Assembly: GCA_050010515.1 (NCBI GenBank)
Contig: JBEKKX010000013.1
Location: 32,001 to 96,000, forward strand
Source of the DNA: Candidatus Bathyarchaeia archaeon
GTDB lineage: Archaea > Thermoproteota > Bathyarchaeia > Bathyarchaeales > Bathycorpusculaceae
DNA: 64,000 bases
Direction: 5' to 3'
Below, in pieces: positions 40,741-50,998 of this stretch; the stretch's first letter is position 1; each line of letters begins with the position of its first letter. The notes below the pieces were generated by a model that did not search any database, was not told the origin of the DNA, and worked only from the letters and a program-made list of their open reading frames with translations. The position numbers and the translations under genes were made by a program.

Positions 40741-41811
40741 TCAGGCTTGTTTCTTGGATTGCAGTTCTTTTGCTACGCTGTCGATTGCATTGATTGCTTT
40801 TTCGATATGAACTTTTTCTATCCCGCGATGCGTCACCATTCTTATGCTGTTCTTGGCCATGGTTGAGACTAAAACGTCCTTTTCCTTGAGCTTTAGAACG
40901 AACAGTTCATCTGAGGCTTCTAAATCGCTCATATCGAAACGAACCATGTTTGTCTGCACCGCATCTAAATCAACTTTGATCCCGTTTATCTTTGCTATTC
41001 CTTCTGCTAAGCGCCTGGCATTTTTGTGGTCTTCTTCCAATCTGTCAATCATCTTTTCAAGGGCAACAATGCCTGCCGCAGCTATTATGCCCGCTTGGCG
41101 CATTCCACCGCCCAAAACTTTCCGGGTTTTTCTGGCTTTCTCGATGAATTCTTGAGTGCCGACGACCACTGAGCCGACTGGGCAGCTTAGACTTTTAGAT
41201 AGGCAGAACATCAGGCTGTCTACATGCTTTGTGAACTCTTTTACGTTAACCTTTGAGGCTACGGCAGCGTTGAATATTCTTGCTCCGTCCATGTAGAATT
41301 TCAAGTCATATCTTTTGGCCACTTCGCTTATCGCTCGCATTTGATCAGGAGTGACTATTGTTCCCCCATATCTGTTGTGAGTATTTTCAATGCATATCAG
41401 AGAGGGCACTGGAAAATGGATGTTCTTCGGTCTTATCGCTGCTTCAATGTCTTCTGGATCGATCGCTCCCAAGTGACTCTTTATTATCCACGGTAGTAGT
41501 CCAGCAATTGCAGATACCCCTCCTCCTTCATACCAGTAAATATGAGATTCCGCTTCCAAGAATACTAGTTCTCCGCGTTTTGCATTGTTCATCAAAGACA
41601 ATAGGTTTGCTTGCGTGCCGCTTGTGACTAAAAGAGCCGCTTCTTTTCCCATCTTCTCGGCTGCCATTTCTTCAAGCTTTTTAACCGTTGGGTCTTCCCC
41701 GTAAACATCGTCTCCTAGTTCTGCATGTCGAATTGCCTCCAGCATCTCCTCTGTGGGCAATGTCACTGTGTCGCTTCGCAAATCAATTATTTCTTTGCTT
41801 GCCATTCCCAT
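40741..41811 (-). CDS. ltaE: Low-specificity L-threonine aldolase
   Basis: DLRSDTVT, GDDVYGEDP, SGTQAN, DGARIFNA, CLSK and GGGMRQ. Confidence 0.94.
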   Translation of the reverse strand: MGMASKEIIDLRSDTVTLPTEEMLEAIRHAELGDDVYGEDPTVKKLEEMAAEKMGKEAALLVTSGTQANLLSLMNNAKRGELVFLEAESHIYWYEGGGVSAIAGLLPWIIKSHLGAIDPEDIEAAIRPKNIHFPVPSLICIENTHNRYGGTIVTPDQMRAISEVAKRYDLKFYMDGARIFNAAVASKVNVKEFTKHVDSLMFCLSKSLSCPVGSVVVGTQEFIEKARKTRKVLGGGMRQAGIIAAAGIVALEKMIDRLEEDHKNARRLAEGIAKINGIKVDLDAVQTNMVRFDMSDLEASDELFVLKLKEKDVLVSTMAKNSIRMVTHRGIEKVHIEKAINAIDSVAKELQSKKQA

Positions 41812-41975
41812 CTTATCTTCTCCTAAAGTGAACAGTCTACCTTTTGAGAAAGCAATAGGTTCTTGCTTTAAAGTTTTCTCTCGAACCTTAAGAAAGCAAA
41901 AAAATATTAGAGGCATTTTGCGTTGACTTTAAAGTTGAATCGTGCAAGTCGCCTGTTTGATAGGCTGAATGCTTG

Positions 41976-42887
41976 TTATTTCCTTGTGATGAGAAGAACG
42001 CCCGTGAAGATTAAGAGCCCTCCGACCAAGATTAGCGGAGTGACGTTTTCTCCGATGAAAGTTGTTGCAAACAAAACTGTCACTAATGGTTCTGCGAAGA
42101 GAAAAGAGCTGGCGACTGCGGCTTTTACCCTGCTCATAACGTAGAACCAGATAAAATACCCCACGAACGAACACGTGACAGCTAGGTACAGAATTGCCCC
42201 CCATGCTTGGAGATTCAAGGTTAGTATTCCGTTGAGAGAGTTTTCGGCCAAAGAGAACGGAACTAAGAAAAGTCCGCCTATAATGCTTACATACGCTACA
42301 ACGAGGAAAGGACTGTACTTCTCGATCAATCTTTTTCCTCCAAGGGTGTATGAAGCCCAAAGAATAGGTGTAAGCAGAAGGATTAAGCTTCCCAAGAGAA
42401 ATGTTGGATCGCTGCTTCTCAAATCCATTGTGCCGCCTGTGATGACGACCAAAGTGCCAATTCCCGCAACAGCAAGTCCCAAGAACTGCTTTCTCTTTAG
42501 GGCTTCATTAAAAATCCGCATAGAAAGTAAGGCGATGAGTATAGGTGAAAGGAAGCAAACTAAAATAGCAGCAACAGAGGCGCCTGCCAACTCGATGCCT
42601 ACGTATTGGACAATAAAGAAGAAAGTAACCCCTGCGAGAGATAAACCTACGAACACCAGAATGTCTTTACGTTCAAAAAGCACTACACTAAGTGGCCTCC
42701 TAACCTTCATTACCACAAGAGCGACTAGAAATAACGCTCCTGCTACCAGAAACCTGAATGTTGCAATAGCAATTGGAGTCAATCCTTGCAAAAGCAATGC
42801 TTTCACCACAACAAATGAGCTACCCCAAAAAATAATCAGGCATAACATCAAGAAAAAGTCAAATGAACCGATTTTCTTGCTTGCCAT
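41976..42887 (-). CDS. EamA/DMT family transporter
   Basis: FWGSSFVVVK, TFRF; about ten TM segments. Confidence 0.9.
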   Translation of the reverse strand: MASKKIGSFDFFLMLCLIIFWGSSFVVVKALLLQGLTPIAIATFRFLVAGALFLVALVVMKVRRPLSVVLFERKDILVFVGLSLAGVTFFFIVQYVGIELAGASVAAILVCFLSPILIALLSMRIFNEALKRKQFLGLAVAGIGTLVVITGGTMDLRSSDPTFLLGSLILLLTPILWASYTLGGKRLIEKYSPFLVVAYVSIIGGLFLVPFSLAENSLNGILTLNLQAWGAILYLAVTCSFVGYFIWFYVMSRVKAAVASSFLFAEPLVTVLFATTFIGENVTPLILVGGLLIFTGVLLITRK

Positions 42888-42964
42888 TTTTCGACCTGCC
42901 GCGGGGGTGCATATTGGGCACTTTGCTTATGAAACTTTCGGCGTTGTTTGCAATATAAATTTTT

Positions 42965-44239
42965 TTAATTGTCTGGTGCATAGAGGAAACAGGAGACTAG
43001 TCTATTAGCCCATTGGTACATTTTAGGCACTTCGTAATGCTGGAGCTCGACCACGACGCCGTCTTCAGATTCGCTTAGCTTATCTATCGCAGCAAGACTC
43101 CTTTCCTTTTCCTTTTCCAAGCTAAGCAGGGCATCCATTTCACTCATTTTGACGTTTCTAATTGCTATGTTGCATGTTCCGTTAGTTGAAATAACGGGTT
43201 CTCCCTTGAACATGTCTGGATGCTTATCCTCAATTAAGTATTTCAGATCAGATGCTACTTCTTCAGCACTCCAGCCGCATATATTGAAGGCTTGTGGACA
43301 CCTGGGGTGGAAAGAGCAACCTGGCGGCGGCGCCACTAAGTTTGGAGTGTCCCCCTTCAGTATTATCTTCTTTCCCTTTTTCGCCTTTCCCGGAACGGCC
43401 GATATAAGAGCCACGTTGTATGGATGGATTGGGTTCAATATTACGTCTTTCTTTAGTCCGTTTTCCACTATCTTGCCGGCGTACATGACATTCACTTGAT
43501 CAGCCATGTAGGAGATCACGGCGATGTTGTGGGTTATAAGAATCATGCCTATGTTATACTTCTCTCTTATCCTACGCAAAAGGGCTAACACTTGAGCTTG
43601 GACCGAAACGTCCAGAGCACTTGTCGGCTCATCCAACACCAAAAATTTAGGCAGTGTGGCTATTCCCCTAGCCAAGGCAACCCTCTGTTTTTGACCTCCG
43701 GAAAGTTCATGAGGATACCTGTAAGCGAAATCTCTCGGAAGCCCGACTTCGTTCATGAGCTCCATGCATCTGTTGGTCGCTTCCTTCGACGGCAAGTAAC
43801 CTGTCGCAATTATTGGCTCCGTAACGATGTCCAAGACGTTCAATCGGGGATCTAATGAAGAATATGGGTCCTGAAAGACAATATTCGTCTTCTTCCTGAT
43901 CTCTTTTTGCCTGCCTCGCTTCTTGCTGAAGACAGAGTATACTCTTTCGATTTCAGCTGCCTTCTTCAAATCGTTACTTGCAACATAATCGTCGTATTCT
44001 TGTAAGACATCGTCTGGTATGTCAAAGAAGACTTGACCAGAGGTTGGCTTTAGGAGACCTAGGAGCATCCTCCCTAGTGTGCTCTTTCCTGAACCGCTTT
44101 CACCCACTACGCCCACAATCTCTGCTTCTTTCACTTGTATGTTAACGCCGTCAACGGCTTTGAGCGTGAGTGGTTTCCCTATTAAGCTACCGCCTTTGAT
44201 AGGAAAGTGTTTAGTCAGTTGTCTTGTCGCAATTAACAC
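42965..44239 (-). CDS. Oligopeptide ABC ATPase (OppF/DppF-like) with insertions
   Basis: GESGSGKS, FQDPYSSL, ELSGGQKQR, HPY and GCSFHPRCP. Confidence 0.92.
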   Translation of the reverse strand: MLIATRQLTKHFPIKGGSLIGKPLTLKAVDGVNIQVKEAEIVGVVGESGSGKSTLGRMLLGLLKPTSGQVFFDIPDDVLQEYDDYVASNDLKKAAEIERVYSVFSKKRGRQKEIRKKTNIVFQDPYSSLDPRLNVLDIVTEPIIATGYLPSKEATNRCMELMNEVGLPRDFAYRYPHELSGGQKQRVALARGIATLPKFLVLDEPTSALDVSVQAQVLALLRRIREKYNIGMILITHNIAVISYMADQVNVMYAGKIVENGLKKDVILNPIHPYNVALISAVPGKAKKGKKIILKGDTPNLVAPPPGCSFHPRCPQAFNICGWSAEEVASDLKYLIEDKHPDMFKGEPVISTNGTCNIAIRNVKMSEMDALLSLEKEKERSLAAIDKLSESEDGVVVELQHYEVPKMYQWANRLVSCFLYAPDN

Positions 44240-44245
44240 TCATTA

Positions 44246-45625
44246 TCACCTTGCTTGGAAGCAGGAGACAAAATGTCCTTCTTCTATCTCCACCATTTCC
44301 GGCTTCATATCTTTACACTTGTCCCCATCTGGACACCGAGGGCGAAAAGAACAACCTGGCGGCACGTTCCTCATGTCTGGTACAGTGCCACCTATGCCCT
44401 GGATTTCACCCCCATCAATCGTGGGTATGGCTCTTGTTAGCATCCTCGTATACGGATGAAGAGGCTTTTTGAAAACAACTTCTGTTGGTGCCACCTCGAC
44501 TATTCTGCCCGCGTACATTATACCGATTCTGTCGCAAACTTCGGCAAGGACAGAAAGGTCATGAGATATGAATATGAACGAGGTGTTGAACCTTGCCTTG
44601 AGGTGCCTTGTAAGCTCGAGTATCTGGGCCTGCACAGTCACGTCCAGGGCACTGGTCGGCTCGTCCAAAATGACCAGCTCAGGGTTGTTCGCAAGCGCGA
44701 TAGCTATCACTATTCTCTGCCTCATACCGCCTGATAGTTCATGTGGATACATTCTCACCACCTTGTCTGGGTTGGGGACCTCAAGCATTGAAAGAAGTTC
44801 AGTCGCTTTTGCATACCCTTCCCTCAAAAGAACATTTTTGGCTGCCCTGCTTAGACCTGGGATCCGCATCCAGACGGGTATATTCCCTTTCTTTTCAACA
44901 TTCTCCAGTACTATCTTATCAAAGGACCCCAACTTCTCCGAATGAAGCGAAATGATAATCTTTTCTTTTTTGGACTCGCCGAGATCGTTCCTCCTCCATA
45001 CGTTAAGGACTTGGCTCTCAATCCCTATGAGCCCCTTTGATTCCGCGTATTTGCTGATTGTTTGTTCGTCTGCACCTGTTTTCAATAGCTTCAGTATCTG
45101 CTCTAAATCTTCCCGTGTTGCCCTTGTTCTGGCAAGCTTCCTTTGTGCGAGCGATTTTGGCTGATGAGTAATAACAGTCTCAGCTACTTGGAAACCGACC
45201 TGAAGAACAGGGTTAAGGCTCGTCATCGGGTCTTGGAAGACCATGGAAATCCTTCTGCCTCGGATGTCGGCTAATTGTTTGTTCAGCTTCTTCGTGACAC
45301 TCTCGCTCTGTTTTAAGTTGAACTTGTCCTGTCCTTTTGAAAAACTCTCCCTTAAGGAGGCTGTCAAGTCTCCCTCACCCTGAAGGATGACTTGCCCCGA
45401 AGTTACTGACGCGTTATACGGCAGAAGGCCCATTATCGTAAGCCCTAGTGTTGTCTTGCCGCATCCGCTCTCCCCGGCTACGCCGAATATTTCACCCTGC
45501 TGGAGTTGGAGATCCACGCCGTTAAGGGCTTTATAGATACCCCGCCGAGTGTAGAACTGTACCTTCAAATCTGAAACCTTTAACGTGTTCTCCAAATCAG
45601 CTTCTCCTCCTTGGGTCAATAACAT
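44246..45625 (-). CDS. Oligopeptide ABC ATPase (OppD/DppD-like) with large insertion
   Basis: GESGCGKT, FQDPMTSLNP, ELSGGMRQR and GCSFRPRC; true start probably ~45595. Confidence 0.92.
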   Translation of the reverse strand: MLLTQGGEADLENTLKVSDLKVQFYTRRGIYKALNGVDLQLQQGEIFGVAGESGCGKTTLGLTIMGLLPYNASVTSGQVILQGEGDLTASLRESFSKGQDKFNLKQSESVTKKLNKQLADIRGRRISMVFQDPMTSLNPVLQVGFQVAETVITHQPKSLAQRKLARTRATREDLEQILKLLKTGADEQTISKYAESKGLIGIESQVLNVWRRNDLGESKKEKIIISLHSEKLGSFDKIVLENVEKKGNIPVWMRIPGLSRAAKNVLLREGYAKATELLSMLEVPNPDKVVRMYPHELSGGMRQRIVIAIALANNPELVILDEPTSALDVTVQAQILELTRHLKARFNTSFIFISHDLSVLAEVCDRIGIMYAGRIVEVAPTEVVFKKPLHPYTRMLTRAIPTIDGGEIQGIGGTVPDMRNVPPGCSFRPRCPDGDKCKDMKPEMVEIEEGHFVSCFQAR

Positions 45626-46487
45626 CCCTTAGCCCATCGCCGACAAGGTTTACCGCCAGAGCAAACAAGGTGATAGCCACACCTGGAACGATGACCGCCC
45701 AAGGAGCAGTCTGAACATAGCCGAGCCCCAAGCTTGTGAGATAACCAAGCTCCGGAACGCTTGCGTTCGCTATGAAACCTATGAAAGCAAGAGTGGAGAA
45801 GATAACCATTATTGAGCCTAAGTCCAAGGATATCTGAATAAACACTGGTGGCAGCGAATTTGGAAGAATATGTTTAAACATTATCTTTACCTTGCTGACC
45901 CCGGAGGCTTTGGCCGCTTCAACAAACGTAAACTCCTTAGTGCTTAGCGTCTGACTCCTCGTGTACCTCGCATACAGAGGCCACCACACTATTGCAAGGG
46001 CGAGGGACATGTTTAGCAGACTTCTGCCGAGGATAAAGCCGACGGCCAATGCAAGTATAAGATACGGTATGCTAAAGAATACGTCGGTTATCCTCATCAC
46101 GATTTCATCCATTAGGCCACCGACATAGGCCGAGATAACACCTATTAGGGAACCGAATGTCGCGCCTATTGCCACAACAAGCACTGAATAGAATAGGTCT
46201 ATTCTTATTGCCTTAATCATACTGGTGAATAGATCTATCCCTGGATACGTCGTGCCAAACAGGTGTGTCATTGAAGGCGGCGAGGGCGCTGGGTTGGTAA
46301 AGTTTGGAACAAGCGTACCTACGTTAGTGATGCCGAGGAGCTGTGGGAAGAACTGCACAATCAACGCGTCTACTACAAATATCATTGTTATGACAAGACC
46401 GACGACTGCAGTCTTATTTGAAAAAAAAACTGAAAGTGAAAGCTTAGTATTGTCCCATTTTCTCTTTTTTAACTCTGTTTCAGACAC
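45597..46487 (-). CDS. Oligopeptide ABC permease (OppC/DppC-like)
   Basis: HLFGT, MRITD.F and FVEAAKASG EAA loop. Confidence 0.93.
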   Translation of the reverse strand: MSETELKKRKWDNTKLSLSVFFSNKTAVVGLVITMIFVVDALIVQFFPQLLGITNVGTLVPNFTNPAPSPPSMTHLFGTTYPGIDLFTSMIKAIRIDLFYSVLVVAIGATFGSLIGVISAYVGGLMDEIVMRITDVFFSIPYLILALAVGFILGRSLLNMSLALAIVWWPLYARYTRSQTLSTKEFTFVEAAKASGVSKVKIMFKHILPNSLPPVFIQISLDLGSIMVIFSTLAFIGFIANASVPELGYLTSLGLGYVQTAPWAVIVPGVAITLFALAVNLVGDGLRDVIDPRRRS

Positions 46488-46498
46488 CTTTTTGCTTC

Positions 46499-47554
46499 CT
46501 AATATTTTATCCTCGGATCTATAAACGCATATACTAGGTCTACTATCAGGTTAGCAAACACAAGAATTAAACCGAAAAGCAATGTAGAGGCCATGATACC
46601 TCCGACATCGCTGACTAGAAGGGCCTGAGTAGTCCAGTATCCTATTCCTGGGTAATTAAATATGGTCTCCACCACTACAGCTCCGCCTAGAAGACCGGCC
46701 ACGGTATAGCCGAAAAGCGTAATCACAGGGAGCAATGCGTTCTTGCGCGCATGAAGATTAATCACTGTTCGTTCAGCTGTACCTTTTGACCTTGCCAACC
46801 TGATGTAATCCTGATCCAACACTTCAAGCATCGAAGACCTCAGTATCCTGATCATGCTGGCAACTATTGCAAGTGCAAGCGTAACCGAGGGCAAGATAAG
46901 GTGTAGGAATGCACTACCAGCTATGCCCCATGCGCCATGGATTATCGCGTCTATAAGAATTATGTGCGTGGGGTATGAGATTCCGTTAATGTACCACGAG
47001 ACTGCTGAAACTGAGACTGGGTTCACGACACCCGAGAATGGAAGAACTTTTAGGTAGACCCCAAGCAGGATGATCAGAACTACGCCTATAAGGTAAATGG
47101 GCATGGAGTACAGAGTGAAGGATCCGATGCGCAGTGTGTGGTCAGCGGCAGAGTCCCTGTTAACAGCTGAGTAAACGCCAAGGGGGACGCCTATCACCCA
47201 TATCAGGATTGACGCTACAACTGATATCATGATTGTGTTAGGAAGGAAGAGGGCTATGGCCGTGTTTACCTGACCGTTGAATATGGGCGTACTGGTGAAG
47301 CCCCAGTTGCCTTGCAGTATTTGGTATAACCAGTAAAAGTATTGAATATAAATTGGTTGGTTAAGGTGGAATTCGCTTGTCAGCTTTTGAATTACGATTT
47401 GCCTTGCAATCCCAGTCAGTTTGGGGCTGATATATTCAGATAATATTATGTTTGTTCCGCTTATATGGGAAAGGATGAACACTATGAAAGTAAGCCCGAT
47501 CAGTGTCGGAATTATTAATAATAACCGCCTAACGATGTATACCCAGAGGCGCAT
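46499..47554 (-). CDS. Oligopeptide ABC permease (OppB/DppB-like)
   Basis: YIVRRL, RSSMLEVL.QDY..ARSKG and VETIF.YPG.G. Confidence 0.93.
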   Translation of the reverse strand: MRLWVYIVRRLLLIIPTLIGLTFIVFILSHISGTNIILSEYISPKLTGIARQIVIQKLTSEFHLNQPIYIQYFYWLYQILQGNWGFTSTPIFNGQVNTAIALFLPNTIMISVVASILIWVIGVPLGVYSAVNRDSAADHTLRIGSFTLYSMPIYLIGVVLIILLGVYLKVLPFSGVVNPVSVSAVSWYINGISYPTHIILIDAIIHGAWGIAGSAFLHLILPSVTLALAIVASMIRILRSSMLEVLDQDYIRLARSKGTAERTVINLHARKNALLPVITLFGYTVAGLLGGAVVVETIFNYPGIGYWTTQALLVSDVGGIMASTLLFGLILVFANLIVDLVYAFIDPRIKY

Positions 47555-47615
47555 AGTTACATCAACTCAGAATAACGATGTATACCCAGAGGCGCATAGT
47601 TACATCAACTCAGAA
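47530..47615. repeat. Perfect 43-bp tandem duplication over the permease start
   Basis: TAACGATGTATACCCAGAGGCGCATAGTTACATCAACTCAGAA at 47530-47572 and 47573-47615. Confidence 0.95.
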
Positions 47616-47639
47616 AAAAGGGGGGAGCGCACAAGCCGC

Positions 47640-50234
47640 TTATCCTTTGATCCACCAATAGTAGATTGAGTCGGCTGCTCCACCGATCATCGGGTTCTCC
47701 TGAGACGATATTCCGTTATAACTTGTAATGTATGGCTTTACTATCCAGAAGGAATTGGCTTGTTGCGTATAGACGAACATGTACAGGTTTATAGCGTCCT
47801 GTTCTGATTGCTTGTAGAGTTGAGCTGCAGTTGTCGGGTTGGTTGCGGCGTTTGCCTGCTGAATCACCGTGCAAAGCTGCTGATATTGAGCCGCCTCTGC
47901 CGAATATCCAGCCGCTTTCAAGCCAGCGCTTGAGAAGCCCATTGCTGAGGGATAGATGGAGCTTTGAAGGTAAAAGGCGTTAACAAAGTCGCTGGGATAC
48001 GGATAGTCAGCTATCCAGCCTAGGAAGTAAACTGGCAGAGGATTCCCGCCAGGAACTTGATCAGCTATAATTGTTGGCCACTCTTGATATTCAACTGTCG
48101 CGCTTATGTTTGAGTCCATCTGGTGCAGAGCTGCTGCCCACATTTCCATGCCTGCGTAGTTGGTTATGTCGCCTGACACGACTACCATAGGTATGTTGAC
48201 TGATATGCCAGCTTCTCCTGACTGCTCCATAAGCTGCGTAGCGGTAGCTAGGTTATATGTAGGAACGTTCTGGAGCTGGTCCTCTGGCACATAGTATGGC
48301 AAGCCATTGATTATGGCGCCTGCATAGGGACTTCCGAAGGTTTCACCGTAAATATTGTTGCCTAATATTTCATCTAGGTAATTGGTGTAGTTGAAAGCGT
48401 AGGCGAACGCCTCTCTCACTTGAGTGTTAGCGAAGTAGTTAGCAGGTACGTTAAAGTTGCTACCGAACGTTGACTTCATTAATGATGTGTCAATGTTTAT
48501 ATTGAACGCATAGAAGAAAGCGGACAGGGATGCCACCTTATAGAGGCTGCTCTGCCCGGCTGCTACCTGATCTTTAATCTGCGGATAATCGCTTGTTGGC
48601 AATCCAGTGACGATATCAGCTGATCCGCTTGTGTACAATAGATAGGCTGTTTCAGGATCCTTGATCCACTGTATCGATATTTTATTGGTCACGGCTGGTA
48701 TGCTTGGTAATCCTGGAAAACCGGTGTTGGGAGCTAAGACTACTGATTGACCTGGGACGTAGCTCTGTATTTCGTATGGACCGGATGCGACCGGGTCGAA
48801 CTGTACCTTTGTGTTGAAATCGTTCTCGTTGGCCTGGCTCTGGTAGCTGTAGAATCCTGCTGGCGAAAAGGTTATCCCAGCACCAGCACTTTGAAGCCAA
48901 GATGCATCTAATATTCCACACCCAAGGTCAAAGGCTACTGCGGTGAAGAACAGCGTGGGACTCGTAGGCGAGACGAGGTTAAATGTAACTGTGTTGGCGC
49001 TGTTGGAATATGTGACTGCGTTCAGTATTGCGTTGTAATCAGTGGTATCGGTGGCATTCGCGACTATGGGTATTCCTGCACTTGCCCCAGGAACCACGTA
49101 TTGGGCTAGTATCCAGTCAGGTGTGCCTTGTACTCCACCAACGAATAAAAGATTCCTTATCATTGAATAATATACATCGTATGCGGTAATCGGATCGCCG
49201 TTGGAGAACTTCAAGTTATTTCTTATTGTAAATGTGTACTGCGTGTCGGCCGTGTTTATTCCGTTCCCAACCGTAGGAACCGATGCGGCTATCATTGGTA
49301 GGAACGTGGTTGTCGATGATCCGTCGTATATAAGAAGTGTCCCAATAGTGTTTAAGATTACCTCGTAGCCAACAGTTTCGTAATCTATCTGCGGATCAAA
49401 TCCGGCGGGACCTCCACCGACTACTTCAGCGACATTTATAACTCCAGGGCTTGCTATCTTGCCAGCATAAACGTAGAGCGTATATGGCTGAGAAGAAGAA
49501 CTTACTGCCACGGTACGCTCAATGGTAGTGCTGTAAGTCTGCGCGGTAGCGGTATTCTCCGTTACTAGGGTTAGGCTCACAGGATACAGCCCTGTCTGTG
49601 TGTAAGTTGCGTTAACAGGGTTTATGTTTGGATCCATCGTATTGCTGTTCGCAGTTACCGTATCATTAACTCCGTTGGCAAAGTTCCATATGTACTCGGA
49701 TATGACGATGTTTTGACCGGTTGGCGCTTCAAGGAAACCTCCACTGAAATAAACGGCTGTATTAGAAGAAACCACTGGCTCGTTTGGATTAAGGGTTGAA
49801 TTTAGCGAGATAACCGGGACTGATATCAACGGAGCATTAGCAGCGCTCACCGACGGCGCTATCTGAATAGTCTTCATGGCGTTGTTCGTTGACGAGACAA
49901 CACTACCGCCTACCGTTTCCTGCGCTGTCACTATGTACGTACCTGCGTTTTCGTATGTATACGACACTGAAGACGAGCTAGAAGTAATATCTGTGGCTGA
50001 CTGTCCATCTCCGAAGTAAATAGTGGCTTTTCCGTCTGATGCCAAATGAAGAATGGAGAAGGTAATAGCTGTTCCCTGCGTTGCCGCCAGCGTAGTGGCG
50101 GTGAGAGAAATCTGTGTGGTTGGTCTTGTTGCTATATAAGAAATCACTCCCACTCCCATTGCTACTACTAAGATAACTATTATAATAATTGCCCATATTA
50201 CTCTACTCAATGCTCTATTTGGCATATGTCTCAA
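47640..50234 (-). CDS. Family 5 ABC substrate-binding protein with N-terminal anchor and two PKD-like domains
   Basis: N-terminal TM; IYFGDG and YIWNFANG PKD-like motifs; FDP..DYE, YTFTIR..LKFSNG, SGPY and VREAFAYAF. Confidence 0.9.
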   Translation of the reverse strand: MRHMPNRALSRVIWAIIIIVILVVAMGVGVISYIATRPTTQISLTATTLAATQGTAITFSILHLASDGKATIYFGDGQSATDITSSSSSVSYTYENAGTYIVTAQETVGGSVVSSTNNAMKTIQIAPSVSAANAPLISVPVISLNSTLNPNEPVVSSNTAVYFSGGFLEAPTGQNIVISEYIWNFANGVNDTVTANSNTMDPNINPVNATYTQTGLYPVSLTLVTENTATAQTYSTTIERTVAVSSSSQPYTLYVYAGKIASPGVINVAEVVGGGPAGFDPQIDYETVGYEVILNTIGTLLIYDGSSTTTFLPMIAASVPTVGNGINTADTQYTFTIRNNLKFSNGDPITAYDVYYSMIRNLLFVGGVQGTPDWILAQYVVPGASAGIPIVANATDTTDYNAILNAVTYSNSANTVTFNLVSPTSPTLFFTAVAFDLGCGILDASWLQSAGAGITFSPAGFYSYQSQANENDFNTKVQFDPVASGPYEIQSYVPGQSVVLAPNTGFPGLPSIPAVTNKISIQWIKDPETAYLLYTSGSADIVTGLPTSDYPQIKDQVAAGQSSLYKVASLSAFFYAFNINIDTSLMKSTFGSNFNVPANYFANTQVREAFAYAFNYTNYLDEILGNNIYGETFGSPYAGAIINGLPYYVPEDQLQNVPTYNLATATQLMEQSGEAGISVNIPMVVVSGDITNYAGMEMWAAALHQMDSNISATVEYQEWPTIIADQVPGGNPLPVYFLGWIADYPYPSDFVNAFYLQSSIYPSAMGFSSAGLKAAGYSAEAAQYQQLCTVIQQANAATNPTTAAQLYKQSEQDAINLYMFVYTQQANSFWIVKPYITSYNGISSQENPMIGGAADSIYYWWIKG

Positions 50235-50445
50235 TATCTCCCCACCCCATTTCCTATTGAAAGTAATTTTAATTTAGCTCTCCATATTTGAGCTTTCAAT
50301 ATTTAACGTTTGCGATAAAATAGGCTGTCTACCTAATTTTTAACCCGTTTTTATACGATATGTCGTTCCTGTTTTACCGTTATTTTCAATGCAGTGCGTT
50401 TCTTCAGCCGAAAGTTTCGCAGGTATAGTGTAAATATTATGCACC

Positions 50446-50900
50446 ATGCCCTTCGTCAGGAAAATAAAGAAACGTTCAGGCACTATCTGGCACTGTCGAA
50501 TCAAAATGGGAAAACGGAAAACCCAGACAACGCGTAATAAAATACCTCAGAAAAGAAGGAAGGCAAAGCAGTAAGAAAAGTATCCACATCAGACCTTACG
50601 GTAACACAAGTGAGGAGACACCTCGACGTTGAAATCATAGACCCTAGCAAACGAACTCAACCTAATACAACTCCTCCCGCATCAGCCCTCATATCTTCCC
50701 AACTCCTCGAAAGACCCTCCATAAACAAAATGGAAGAATGGCTCAACCAAACCGGCATACTTCAAACCCTCGGCATAGAAGGAATAACCAACCGCCCAAC
50801 TCTACGCCGCCGTAGATCAACTGCAAGAGAGCGACTTCTCAGCCACAGAAAAAAGCATCGCGCAATTTTTCGCAGAATAGAAGCCCGACAGGGTTTTTGA
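50446..50900 (+). mobile_element. Degraded transposase N-terminal fragment, IS1634-like
   Basis: Across frameshifts reads MPFVRKIKKRSG../VESKWENGKPRQRVIKYL../QLLERPSINKMEEWL; no DDE domain remains. Confidence 0.6.
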
Positions 50901-50998
50901 ATTATTATCCTGCTCTCTTAACGTGCTCTCATCAAAAGGGTTGCAAGCAAAGCATTCACGAGCGAGAATCGTAGGGTAAACAAAATAAGCACCGGCTA

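Noticed and set aside
42175-43008. Long antisense ORFs (also 2266-2916, 56454-57185, 59543-60097)
   Set aside because: Shadows of well-supported genes on the opposite strand, with no motifs
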